The notes beneath the pieces are model-generated. The model was not told the origin of the DNA. It did not search any database and saw only the letters and a program-made list of their open reading frames with translations. DNA of 64,000 nt from Clostridia bacterium (GTDB lineage: Bacteria > Bacillota > Clostridia > Christensenellales > CAG-138): assembly GCA_017619735.1 (NCBI GenBank), contig JAFZRT010000015.1, positions 64,357 through 128,356 of the forward strand, read 5' to 3'. Each line of letters begins with the position of its first letter. Positions within the stretch are counted from its first letter, which is position 1. Below are positions 8,195 through 16,873 of the stretch, in pieces. The position numbers were made by a program, and so were the translations under genes.

Positions 8195-9331
8195 TCAGCG
8201 TACCCGTGCGATGGTCTTTGCCAGGAGCTTGTCCGCAAATGCGTGGCTCTTTTTGACCTCGGCCAGCAGCTCCGTATCCTTGAGGACGCGGAACTCGGGA
8301 AGCTTCATAAGCTCCGCCAGGTATTCGAGATAGCCGATGAACACGTCGAAATAGTCTCCCGTCGTGCCGTTCTGCTTGGCAATGCCGGGTATCACGGACT
8401 CGTGTATCGAGCGGAGCGAGAGCTCGCCCGTCGATTCCTCCGCGAATATGTCGATAAGCGCCATGAGCTCATTATAGGCCTCTCTCTCCGTCAGAGTGCG
8501 TTCGAGGTAGTATCTCTCCCCCGCGAGGCCGTAGACGTATCGCTTCGCGTCATAGTATCCGAGATCGATATTGTACGCGGCCTGCTCCGCGGAGAAGTTC
8601 AGCGTGTTGCCGAGCTTGCGCTTGGGCTCGATATAGTCGACGTTGAAGCCCTTCGGAAGGCGTATCTTCTTTTCCCTGCCGAAGCCGCCCGTGAGGCGCA
8701 CGGCGATAATGTCCCTGTAGCCGCGCTCCACGAGCGGGGTTATGGGGAGACTGTCGGAGACGCCGCCGTCGGTGAAGCGTTTGCCGCCGGCAAGCGGCTC
8801 GTTCTTGAAAGCGGGGAAATACGCGCTTGCGAGGAGCATGTCGCGGATCTCGTCCTCCGGGAGGGATTTGACTATCACGTCGAGCTCCTTCTTGTCGGTC
8901 AGCGAATATGTGACAATGAAGAAATCGACGTCGGAGCGCTTTATCTTCCCCGTGTCGACGTACTCGTTCAAAAGGTTGCGCAGGGGCGTAACGTCAAAGC
9001 CGCCGCCCTTTATTATGTCGATCGCTCGGAGTATGAGCGAGCCGAGATCCTTCGCCTCGACCTTGCCGCCGAAGAGCTTTCCCATGGACTTGTCGTCGAC
9101 GTCCATGACCTGCGAATAGCGGATATTGCGCCAAAGCTCCTCGCCGCGTTCGAGATCGCGCATTGCCATCATGGCGCCGTTCAGCGCGCCTACGGACGTG
9201 CCGCTGACGGCGTTGTATTTCATGCCCTCCTCCTCGAGGGAGCGCCAGACGCCTATCTCGTAGCCGCCCTTCGCGCCGCCGCCTCCTAGGGCTATCGCGT
9301 ATGTTTTGGATGCGTCGAACCGCTTCTGCAT
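8195..9331 (-). CDS. Patatin-like phospholipase
   Basis: Oxyanion loop GGGGAKGGYEIG, nucleophile elbow GTSVGALN (GxSxG) and catalytic Asp motif DGGVSDSLP are all present. Confidence 0.85.
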   Translation of the reverse strand: MQKRFDASKTYAIALGGGGAKGGYEIGVWRSLEEEGMKYNAVSGTSVGALNGAMMAMRDLERGEELWRNIRYSQVMDVDDKSMGKLFGGKVEAKDLGSLILRAIDIIKGGGFDVTPLRNLLNEYVDTGKIKRSDVDFFIVTYSLTDKKELDVIVKSLPEDEIRDMLLASAYFPAFKNEPLAGGKRFTDGGVSDSLPITPLVERGYRDIIAVRLTGGFGREKKIRLPKGFNVDYIEPKRKLGNTLNFSAEQAAYNIDLGYYDAKRYVYGLAGERYYLERTLTEREAYNELMALIDIFAEESTGELSLRSIHESVIPGIAKQNGTTGDYFDVFIGYLEYLAELMKLPEFRVLKDTELLAEVKKSHAFADKLLAKTIARVR

Positions 9332-9333
9332 AT

Positions 9334-10683
9334 TCAGTCCTCCATAATGGCGGAGATTATCTTTTCGAGCGCCATGCCCCTCGACGCCTTGACGAGCAGG
9401 GTGTCGCCGGGCTTCAGTTCCGCTTTGAGTATCTTCGCCGCCTCCTCACGCGTGCAGTAATGCGCGTTTTCAAGGCCGTGCGACGCTGCTGCGGATGCCA
9501 TGAGTCTGGAGTTCGCGCCGACGGTCACGAGCATGTCGAGGCCGGTCTCCGCCGCGGTGCGGCCGACCTGCTCATGCAGTTCGTCTGATCTTTCGCCGAG
9601 CTCGAGCATATCGCCGAGGAGCGCGAGCTTCCGGCCCTCCGCCTTTTTCAGCACGCCCAGGCTCGCCGTCATGGACGCGGGGCTGGCGTTGTAGCAATCG
9701 TTGATTATGACCGCACCCTTGTATTCGATGCGGCTCATGCGGCCGTCCACAGGGACGTATGCTTCAAGTCCGCGCTTTATCTCCTCAAGTGTGAGGCTCA
9801 TCCTGTGGCCCGCGGCTGCGGCCGCGCAGGAATTCAACACCATATGTCTGCCCGATGCGGGGAGGTTAACCCTTACGGATCCTTCTCCGAGGCAGAGCGT
9901 GAAATCGGTGCTTTCCATGCCGTGATAGACTATATCCTTCGCATGAGCGAAGCAGTCAGCGTCGACGCCGTAATAGACGGCCTCCTTCCCCTCCGGCACG
10001 GGATAACCCGCAAGCTTGTCGTCCTCTGCGTTGAGCACGAGCACGCTGCCGCGCATGTTGGCGACGAGCTCCGTCTTTGCGCGGAGCACGCCGTCCCTGT
10101 CGACGAGGTTCTCGGTATGGACGTTTTCGATATTGGTGAAAACAGCCATATCGGGCTTGGCGATGGCGGAGATGCGGGTCATCTCCCCGAAGAAGCTGAT
10201 GCCCATTTCGAGCACGGCGACCTCATGCTCCTCCTCCAGCCGGAAGAGCGTCATGGGAAGGCCGAGCTCATTGTTGTGGTTCTTCTCTGTTTTTAGGACG
10301 CGGTATCTTTGGGAGAGCACGCTTGCGACGAGCTCCTTTACGCTCGTCTTGCCGACTGAGCCGGTGATCCCGACCACGGTGACGCCGCTCTTTTCCCTTA
10401 TGTACGCGCCGATGGCCCCGACTGCCTTATAGGTGGAGTACACGACGATCTGCGGCACGTCAGCTTCGACCTCGTGCTCGACTATCGCGGCGCAGATAAC
10501 GCCTTCGAGCCCCTTTACGAAGCTGTGGCCGTCGACGTTCTGACCGGGGAGCGCGATGAAAAGAGAGCCCGGAACGGCCTTTCGGCTGTCGGTCACGATG
10601 GATGCGACCGGGCCCTCGGGAAGGCTGCCGACGACCCTGCCGCCGACGGCTTTCGATATTTCGTTGAGATCAATCCTTATCAT
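9334..10683 (-). CDS. murF: UDP-N-acetylmuramoyl-tripeptide--D-alanyl-D-alanine ligase
   Basis: 449 aa. Mur ligase P-loop GITGSVGKTS, and the MurF-typical C-terminal region (NDCYNASPASM, LGDMLELG). Confidence 0.9.
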   Translation of the reverse strand: MIRIDLNEISKAVGGRVVGSLPEGPVASIVTDSRKAVPGSLFIALPGQNVDGHSFVKGLEGVICAAIVEHEVEADVPQIVVYSTYKAVGAIGAYIREKSGVTVVGITGSVGKTSVKELVASVLSQRYRVLKTEKNHNNELGLPMTLFRLEEEHEVAVLEMGISFFGEMTRISAIAKPDMAVFTNIENVHTENLVDRDGVLRAKTELVANMRGSVLVLNAEDDKLAGYPVPEGKEAVYYGVDADCFAHAKDIVYHGMESTDFTLCLGEGSVRVNLPASGRHMVLNSCAAAAAGHRMSLTLEEIKRGLEAYVPVDGRMSRIEYKGAVIINDCYNASPASMTASLGVLKKAEGRKLALLGDMLELGERSDELHEQVGRTAAETGLDMLVTVGANSRLMASAAASHGLENAHYCTREEAAKILKAELKPGDTLLVKASRGMALEKIISAIMED

Positions 10684-11719
10684 ACTTGTTCAGACTTTCG
10701 TTGACTATAATCTGGCAGAGCTCGGGGAAGCCGATGCCGACCGCCTTCGCCTCCTGAGGGAGCAGGCTCATCGCCGTCATGCCGGGTAGCGTATTCGCCT
10801 CCAGCGCGTAGACGCCGCCCTCATCGGCAAGTATGAAATCGGTGCGCGAATACGCGGAAAGGCCGAGCTCCTCATGCACCTTTACAGCGGCGGCCTTCAT
10901 CTCCTCGGCGACTTCCTCCGGGATATCGGCGGGGCAGATCTCGTCCGTCATTCCGGACTGGTACTTGTTCTTGTAATCGTAGAATCCGCTCTTGGGCTTT
11001 ATCTCGATGGGCGGGAGCGCTCTGCCGCCGAGCACGCCGACGGAGAACTCGCGGCCCTTAATGTATTCCTCGGCGACGGCCTTCGGCTCGTACGAGAGGG
11101 CAAGCTCGATGGCGGGCAGGAGCTCCGCCTCCTCCCTGACTATCGAAACGCCTACGGAGGAACCGCCGCCCGCGGGCTTGATGACCATGGGAAGGCCGAC
11201 CTCCTTCAGGACTTCATCCGTATAAGAAAGCTCGTTTCCGTCGAAATCGCCGCGGTTGAGCGCGACGCCGCGCGGCATTGAAACGCCCTTGACCGGCGCC
11301 ATTATGCGCTTCGTGACGACCTTATCCATGGATACCGCGCAGCCCTTATGACCAGAGCCGGTGTATTTGATGCCGAGCAGGTCGAACGCCGCCTGCAGGC
11401 TGCCGTCCTCCCCCGCTCCGCCGTGCATTGCGGTGAATACGACGTCCGCGGCGCGGCAGACTTCTATGACGTTCCTGCCGAAATACTCCCCGCGTTCCAT
11501 GAGCGCACCGATGTCCGGCGCAGTATCGCCTATAAGCGCGCTGACGCCGCCCAGATCGCTTTTGAAAAGATCGTCCGATACTTTATCTATGTCCGCGGCG
11601 GAATCGACGAGAGCGACCCTGTGCCCCTTTTTGCAGAGCGCCTTCGCGACCTGCGCTCCGGTCGAAAGCGAAACGTCCCTTTCAGGGCTGATGCCGCCGC
11701 AGAGAACAACTATCTTCAT
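10670..11719 (-). CDS. ddl: D-alanine--D-alanine ligase
   Basis: I moved the start to MKIVVLCGGISPERDVSL (ATG 11719, AAAGGAA RBS). ATP-grasp motifs are present (EYIKGREFSVGVL, LEANTLPGMT). Confidence 0.9.
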   Translation of the reverse strand: MKIVVLCGGISPERDVSLSTGAQVAKALCKKGHRVALVDSAADIDKVSDDLFKSDLGGVSALIGDTAPDIGALMERGEYFGRNVIEVCRAADVVFTAMHGGAGEDGSLQAAFDLLGIKYTGSGHKGCAVSMDKVVTKRIMAPVKGVSMPRGVALNRGDFDGNELSYTDEVLKEVGLPMVIKPAGGGSSVGVSIVREEAELLPAIELALSYEPKAVAEEYIKGREFSVGVLGGRALPPIEIKPKSGFYDYKNKYQSGMTDEICPADIPEEVAEEMKAAAVKVHEELGLSAYSRTDFILADEGGVYALEANTLPGMTAMSLLPQEAKAVGIGFPELCQIIVNESLNKYDKD

Positions 11720-11763
11720 GATACGGATTCCTTTCATGATTTGATCACAGATTTTCACATGAT

Positions 11764-11792
11764 AATTATAACAGATTTCATGCGCATATGCA
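11764..11792 (-). promoter_or_regulatory. Sigma-A-type promoter candidate for ddl-murF
   Basis: Minus strand reads TTGCAT (11792-11787), 17 nt, TATAAT (11769-11764). Confidence 0.45.
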
Positions 11793-11800
11793 AACAATAT

Positions 11801-11831
11801 AAAACGAAAAGGCGGAGCCGTACGGCTCCGC
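11801..11831 (-). terminator. Intrinsic terminator after potD
   Basis: GGCGGAGCC (11810-11818) pairs with GGCTCCGCC (11823-11831). A T-run follows on the minus strand (TTTTCGTTT). Confidence 0.65.
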
Positions 11832-11847
11832 CCCTTTTGGATGATCG

Positions 11848-12945
11848 TCAGTTGCCCATGGCGGACTTGAACTCCGACCAGGCGTTGTTGAACACCTCGA
11901 CGAAGGAGCCGAGATCGTGGAACACGCTGCAGCGGGAGAGTATCTCGTCGGAGGGATTGAAGGTCTCGCTCTCGATGAAGAACGGATCGAGCCTGTCGAG
12001 CGCGCCCTGATTGGGAGTGGAGTAATAGATGAACTCGCAGTTGCGGGTGGCGAGGTTCGCGTCGTTGATGAAGTTGATGAACGCATGCGCCGCCTCGACG
12101 TTCTTCGCGGTCTTGGGGATGACCACGTTGTCGAACCAGACGTTCGAGCCCTCCTTGGGCACGACGTAGGCAAGATCCTCGTTCTCGTCCATGCAGGCGA
12201 AGGCGTCGCCGGAATAGATGACGGCGAGGGCTGCCTTGTTGTTGATCATGGAGGACCTGATGTTGTCGGTGCCGAGGCCCTTAAGAAGCGGGATCTGCTT
12301 TATGAGCTCGTCCTTGGCCTTGTCGACCTCGTCGGCGTTTCTGGTGTTGATGTCGTAGCCGAGGCGCAGGAGCGAAACGGCTATGGCGTCGCGCACGGAG
12401 TCATACTGCCAGATCTTGCCGGCGTATTCCTCGTTCCAGAGGATGTTCCAGCTGTCGACCGGCTCGGTGACCATTTTGGTATTGTAGAGTATGCCGACGG
12501 TGCCCCACATGTAGGGGAGCGAATACTTGTTGCCGGGATCGAAGACCTCGGTAAACTGGATCATGCGGTCGGCGATGTTCTTTGCGTTGGGGATCTTCTC
12601 CTTGTCAAGGGGAAGGAGCATATCCGCGGCGATAAGCTGCTCGATAATGTAGTCGGAGGGGAAGCAGAGATCGTACACGCAGTCTGCGGAACGAAGCTTG
12701 ATGAGCATTTCCTCGTTGCTCGTCATCTTGACGTACTTGACGCTGACGCCGGTCTCCTCCTCGAATATCTTGATGAGCTCCTCGTCGATGTACTCGCCCC
12801 AGTTGAGGATGTTGAGCTCGCCGCCGATGTAATCGTACTGGTCGCCGTCGGCAAAGCTGTAATCCGCCTCATCGTCCTTGCCCTTGCAGGCGGCGAGAAC
12901 GAACACCATAACGGTGCAGAGAACGATCGCTAAAAACTTTTTCAT
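11848..12945 (-). CDS. potD: Spermidine/putrescine ABC transporter substrate-binding lipoprotein
   Basis: Lipobox (VLAAC), PotD-like family features, and last position in a potABCD-ordered operon. Confidence 0.85.
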   Translation of the reverse strand: MKKFLAIVLCTVMVFVLAACKGKDDEADYSFADGDQYDYIGGELNILNWGEYIDEELIKIFEEETGVSVKYVKMTSNEEMLIKLRSADCVYDLCFPSDYIIEQLIAADMLLPLDKEKIPNAKNIADRMIQFTEVFDPGNKYSLPYMWGTVGILYNTKMVTEPVDSWNILWNEEYAGKIWQYDSVRDAIAVSLLRLGYDINTRNADEVDKAKDELIKQIPLLKGLGTDNIRSSMINNKAALAVIYSGDAFACMDENEDLAYVVPKEGSNVWFDNVVIPKTAKNVEAAHAFINFINDANLATRNCEFIYYSTPNQGALDRLDPFFIESETFNPSDEILSRCSVFHDLGSFVEVFNNAWSEFKSAMGN

Positions 12946-13823
12946 TGGATATTTCCTCCCTTGTCCTTGAGTTTGACTTTTTTGTTCTGTATCTCATACT
13001 CGCGTTCCTTGGCGAGCCTTCTCAGATTGACGGCAAGCAGGAGCACTACGAGCGGTATGAATATGACCGTTGCGAGCGCGGGGTTGACGCCCTTCGCTCC
13101 GCGGGCGGATGAGTAGATGTAGACCGAGAGCACGCTCTTCAGGTCGGACACGAAGTAGCTGACGACGAAGTCGTCGAGACTCATCGTGAGGGCCATCACG
13201 AAGCCGGACGTTATGCCCGGCATTATGTCGGGTATGACCGCCTTGAACAGCGCCTTCATCGGGCTGCAGCCCAGGTCCATAGCGGCCTCATACAAAAGGT
13301 CGGAGCTTTGGCGCAGTCTCGGCATAACGGAGAATATCACGTACGGTATGCTGAACGAGATATGCGCTATGAGCAGCTTCGTCACGTCGCCCACCTGCTT
13401 CATGCCGAGATGCACGAGCAGTGAGTTGACGAACGTGAACAGCATCATAAAAGTGATGCCCGTTACGAGGTCGGGATTGACCATGGGAAGCTGTGAAATG
13501 TTCAAAATGACGTTTCGCGTGCGCTTCTTCATGGCGTAGATGCCGATCGCCGCGGCGGTGCCTATGACGGTCGCAACGACGCTCGATACGGCGCCGATCT
13601 CGAGCGTGAGGAGCAGCGCTTTGCCCGCGTCGCCCGAGAAGAGTGTCGAGTAATTCTTGAGCGTGAAGCCCTTCCACTGACCGATGTTGGCATAGGAGAT
13701 ATGCCTGCCCGTCGAGAAATCGTTGAACGAGAACACGATCAGGTACAGTATCGGGATATAGAGGAAGAAGAGCATCAGCGCAAGATACACGTATTTGAAT
13801 GAACGGGCCGCCTTTTTCACCAC
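12942..13823 (-). CDS. potC: Spermidine/putrescine ABC transporter permease
   Basis: Polytopic membrane protein with the binding-protein-dependent transport EAA-type loop (LYEAAMDLGCSPMKALFKAVIP). Overlaps both neighbours by 4-7 nt. Confidence 0.85.
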   Translation of the reverse strand: MVKKAARSFKYVYLALMLFFLYIPILYLIVFSFNDFSTGRHISYANIGQWKGFTLKNYSTLFSGDAGKALLLTLEIGAVSSVVATVIGTAAAIGIYAMKKRTRNVILNISQLPMVNPDLVTGITFMMLFTFVNSLLVHLGMKQVGDVTKLLIAHISFSIPYVIFSVMPRLRQSSDLLYEAAMDLGCSPMKALFKAVIPDIMPGITSGFVMALTMSLDDFVVSYFVSDLKSVLSVYIYSSARGAKGVNPALATVIFIPLVVLLLAVNLRRLAKEREYEIQNKKVKLKDKGGNIQ

Positions 13824-14626
13824 ATCTGCCCCCCTTGCTTCTGATCCTTGTCAAAGTGGTTCATGATGAGCGTGGAAACGAACACGCACAGAAGCAGGAT
13901 TATCGAAAGAGTGCTTCCAACGGCGTAATCGCCCTGACCCGAGAGGGTCTTGAACGCAAGCTCTATCTCGTTGCCGTAGAGGTTGTACTTGCCGTTGCCG
14001 ATCAGCGCGGGGACTGTGAAGGCGGTTATCGCGGGGATGAACACCATCGTTATTCCCGACACGATGCCCGGAACGGAAAGCGGGAGTATCACGCGGAAGA
14101 ATGTCTTTACGCCGTTCGCTCCGAGGTCCCTCGACGCCTCGATCAGAGATTTGTCTATCTTGGCGAGGGTATTGTAGAGCGGCATTATCATAAACGGCAG
14201 GAAGTTGTAGACGAGCACCATGAGCACCGCGCCTTCGGTGCCGGTGAGGGTGCCCTCCATCCCGAGAAGGCCGGGCAGGAAGTATTCTAGTATCGCCTGC
14301 CATGCATAGGTCCTCAGGACGAAGTTCATCCACATCGGGACGAAGAACAGTACGGAGATGAAGCCCGCCACCGTGCGCTTCATGTTGGACAGGATATAGG
14401 CGATGGGATAGCCGAGCAGCAGACAGATGACCGTCGTTTTGAACGCCATCACAACGCTTATCCAAAGCACCTTCCACTTGGCCGGATCCGAAAGGGTCGA
14501 CCAGAGCTTCGTCAGCGTGAAAGTCCCGCCGACGTTCACCGCATAGTAGAAGATGAAGAGCATCGGGACTGCGATGAACAGTATCATCCACACTATGTAC
14601 GGATATGCGAACACCCTTCGTTTCAT
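13817..14626 (-). CDS. potB: Spermidine/putrescine ABC transporter permease
   Basis: Polytopic membrane protein with an EAA loop (LIEASRDLGANGVKTFFRVILP). Confidence 0.85.
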   Translation of the reverse strand: MKRRVFAYPYIVWMILFIAVPMLFIFYYAVNVGGTFTLTKLWSTLSDPAKWKVLWISVVMAFKTTVICLLLGYPIAYILSNMKRTVAGFISVLFFVPMWMNFVLRTYAWQAILEYFLPGLLGMEGTLTGTEGAVLMVLVYNFLPFMIMPLYNTLAKIDKSLIEASRDLGANGVKTFFRVILPLSVPGIVSGITMVFIPAITAFTVPALIGNGKYNLYGNEIELAFKTLSGQGDYAVGSTLSIILLLCVFVSTLIMNHFDKDQKQGGQMW

Positions 14627-14630
14627 CGCG

Positions 14631-16007
14631 TCACTCCTTCTTATCCATGAGCTCGAGATCGGCGGCGTCGACCAGTATGCCGACCTCCTCGCCGTCCTCC
14701 ATGAACTCGTCGGAATGGGCTATCCAGTCGTTCTCCTCGCAGGAGATGGTGATCTCGTAATGGGTGCCGAGGAACATGCATGCCTTTATGGTACCGGTGA
14801 GCTTCGCATCCTGCGGAGCGACTATCCGGACCTTTTCGGGCGCTATCTGGACAAGGGCGATCTCCTTGTTTTCGTACTCTTCGAGGCCGTTCGCTTCGAA
14901 GCCGATATCGTCGATGTAGATCATTCCCTCGCCCGGCCAGACCTCCGCGTCAAAGAGGTTGTTCGCGCGGGTCTTCTTCATGATGTGGATGGCGTCGGGC
15001 GGGATGGAGATGCCGACCTGCTGACCGACGTCCACGCCGTCCGTTGTATGCACGACCCATTCATAGCCGCCGCAGTCGACGTCCACCTCATAATGGACGC
15101 CCATGAACACGACGGAGACTACCTTGCCGGAGATGCGCGCCTTGGAGGGATCGACGATATCGATATCCTCCGGGCGGATGACGACGTCGACCTCGGTGTT
15201 TTTGCCGAAGCCCGCGTCGACGCAGGGGAACACCATGCCCTTCATGCGGACCTTGTAATCGTCCAGCATAACGCCGGGAACGATATTGCTCTCGCCGATG
15301 AAGTCGGCGACGAAGGGATTCTTCGGCTCGTTGTAGATATCGGTCGGGCGGCCGATCTGCTGGATCACGCCGTCCTTCATGACGACTATGGTATCGGACA
15401 TCGTCAGCGCCTCTTCCTGATCGTGCGTGACGAATATGAACGTTATGCCGAGCTGCTGCTGCATGCGCTTCAGCTCTATCTGCATCTCCTTGCGGAGCTT
15501 AAGATCGAGGGCGCCGAGAGGCTCGTCCAACAGGAGCACCTTCGGCTCGTTGACGAGCGCGCGGGCTATCGCTATCCTCTGCTGCTGACCGCCGGAGAGC
15601 TGGTCGATATAACGCTTGCCGTAGCCCTCGAGATTGACGAGCTTCAGCATGGCGTTGACCTTCTCCTCTATCTGCGCCTTGGGGGTCTTCTTTATCTTGA
15701 GGCCGAAGGCGATGTTCTCATAGACGTTGAGGTGAGGGAACAGCGCGTATTTCTGGAACACGGTGTTGACCTGCCTCTTATAAGGAGGAATGCCCTTCAT
15801 ATCGACGCCGTCGATAATGACGTCGCCCGAGGTGGGCGTTATGAAACCGGCGATGATCCTCAAAAGCGTGGTCTTGCCGCAGCCGGACGGGCCGAGCAGG
15901 GTCAAGAACTCGCCGTCTCTGATATAGAGACTGACGTTGTCGAGAGCGAGATCGCCGTCATAGTCCTTGGTGATGTTCCTGAGTTCGATAAGCTTTTTGT
16001 TTTCCAT
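14631..16007 (-). CDS. potA: Spermidine/putrescine ABC transporter ATPase with a duplicated C-terminal TOBE-like module
   Basis: I moved the start to [16 protein letters not shown] (ATG 16007). Walker [10 protein letters not shown], signature LSGGQQQR and Walker B LLLDEP are present. The C-terminus contains two similar about 90-aa modules (IRPEDIDIV...[10 protein letters not shown] and IAPEKVRIV...[10 protein letters not shown]). Confidence 0.9.
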   Translation of the reverse strand: MENKKLIELRNITKDYDGDLALDNVSLYIRDGEFLTLLGPSGCGKTTLLRIIAGFITPTSGDVIIDGVDMKGIPPYKRQVNTVFQKYALFPHLNVYENIAFGLKIKKTPKAQIEEKVNAMLKLVNLEGYGKRYIDQLSGGQQQRIAIARALVNEPKVLLLDEPLGALDLKLRKEMQIELKRMQQQLGITFIFVTHDQEEALTMSDTIVVMKDGVIQQIGRPTDIYNEPKNPFVADFIGESNIVPGVMLDDYKVRMKGMVFPCVDAGFGKNTEVDVVIRPEDIDIVDPSKARISGKVVSVVFMGVHYEVDVDCGGYEWVVHTTDGVDVGQQVGISIPPDAIHIMKKTRANNLFDAEVWPGEGMIYIDDIGFEANGLEEYENKEIALVQIAPEKVRIVAPQDAKLTGTIKACMFLGTHYEITISCEENDWIAHSDEFMEDGEEVGILVDAADLELMDKKE

Positions 16008-16026
16008 ATTGACCCCCCGTTTCGGA

Positions 16027-16569
16027 TTAGAAGGACGGCGGCGTCGCCACCCAGATAACGCGCGCCTCACGCTGTGCGGTATTCATGAGATAATGCTCCT
16101 CCGTGGGCTTGAAGCAGAAGCTGTCGCCCTTGCGGAGGCGGAAACGCCTGAGCCCCAATACGAGCGTTACGGCGCCGGAGAGCACGTAGCCGAACTCCTC
16201 CCCCTCGTGCGGATCGTCGGGATATGTCGAGCCGCCGGGCTTTAAGGTGACCATGATGGGCTCGAGCGAGTTCTTCTGCGCGTTGGGGACGAGCCACACC
16301 ACTGAGGATCCGATCTCCTCGTCCTCCTTCTCGAACATGTCGTCCGACGTGAATACGACCTTCTCATCCTCCGCCTTTGCGAAGAAGTCGGAGATATCGA
16401 CGCCGAGCACCTCAAGTATGTCCATGAGCGTGGCTATGGACGGCGAGGTCAGATTGCGCTCGAGCTGGCTGATGAAGCCCTTGGAAAGCTCCGTCCTGGC
16501 GGCGAGCTCCTCCTGCGTGAGGCCGAGCTTCTGCCTCCGTCTTTTGATCCTGTCGCCTATGTCGATCAC
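16027..16569 (-). CDS. XRE-family HTH transcriptional regulator with C-terminal cupin domain (PuuR-like architecture)
   Basis: HTH_3 segment [25 protein letters not shown], then a cupin ([12 protein letters not shown]...GDSFCF). GTG start with a GGGAGG RBS. It lies 19 nt upstream of potA. Confidence 0.8.
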   Translation of the reverse strand: MIDIGDRIKRRRQKLGLTQEELAARTELSKGFISQLERNLTSPSIATLMDILEVLGVDISDFFAKAEDEKVVFTSDDMFEKEDEEIGSSVVWLVPNAQKNSLEPIMVTLKPGGSTYPDDPHEGEEFGYVLSGAVTLVLGLRRFRLRKGDSFCFKPTEEHYLMNTAQREARVIWVATPPSF

Positions 16570-16593
16570 GATTGTTCCTCCCGAATAACAATG

Positions 16594-16610
16594 CTAAACT
16601 GAAAGTTTAA
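16594..16610. promoter_or_regulatory. Operator-like dyad CTAAAC-N5-GTTTAA between the promoter and the RBS of the XRE/cupin regulator
   Basis: The sequence gCTAAACtgaaaGTTTAAc contains the perfect core palindrome TAAACT-gaa-AGTTTA. An extra CTAAAC half-site sits at 16616-16621. Confidence 0.4.
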
Positions 16611-16633
16611 CAGCACTAAACATCCACAGATGA

Positions 16634-16662
16634 ATTAAACCACTTTGTACGCCGTTTGTCAA
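16634..16662 (-). promoter_or_regulatory. Sigma-A-type promoter candidate for the XRE regulator and pot operon
   Basis: Minus strand reads TTGACA (16662-16657), 17 nt, TTTAAT (16639-16634). Confidence 0.4.
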
Positions 16663-16840
16663 CATCGTTTACTATAATATACAATAATTCAGGACATTTT
16701 CTGCCGTTTTCCGCAGCTCCTGTCCGCGCGGCTGCCTAAAGCGCTCCGCAGACGTGCGTTTTACAGGCGAAACGGGCGCATTTTGTCTGCGCGAAAAATG
16801 CGGCGTGCGGCCCCCAATCGGCGCTTCCGGGACAGAAATA

Positions 16841-16857
16841 CTAAACAAAAGGTTTAG
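16841..16857. promoter_or_regulatory. Second dyad CTAAAC-N5-GTTTAG
   Basis: Perfect 6-bp arms (CTAAACaaaagGTTTAG), with the same architecture as the site at 16594-16610. It lies 17 nt beyond the stop of the 331-aa gene. Confidence 0.35.
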
Positions 16858-16873
16858 GATGGGCTAACGGCAT

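Noticed and set aside
8195-9331. Patatin-like phospholipase considered as a CBASS-type (CapV-like) defence effector.
   Set aside because: No cyclase/nucleotidyltransferase, E1/E2/JAB or other defence genes are adjacent. The neighbours are murF and a DUF2284 gene within a cell-wall operon.
14553-16058. 501-aa plus-strand ORF antisense to potA. Similar long antisense ORFs occur at 650-1825, 8135-9289, 19820-21076, 25033-26118, 32797-33804, 46700-48403, 55517-56758, 58286-59491 and 60169-61353.
   Set aside because: Each one fully overlaps a gene with clear family signatures on the other strand. Their translations are dominated by Arg, Gly, Ala, Asp and His runs without motifs. I judged them GC-content artefacts.
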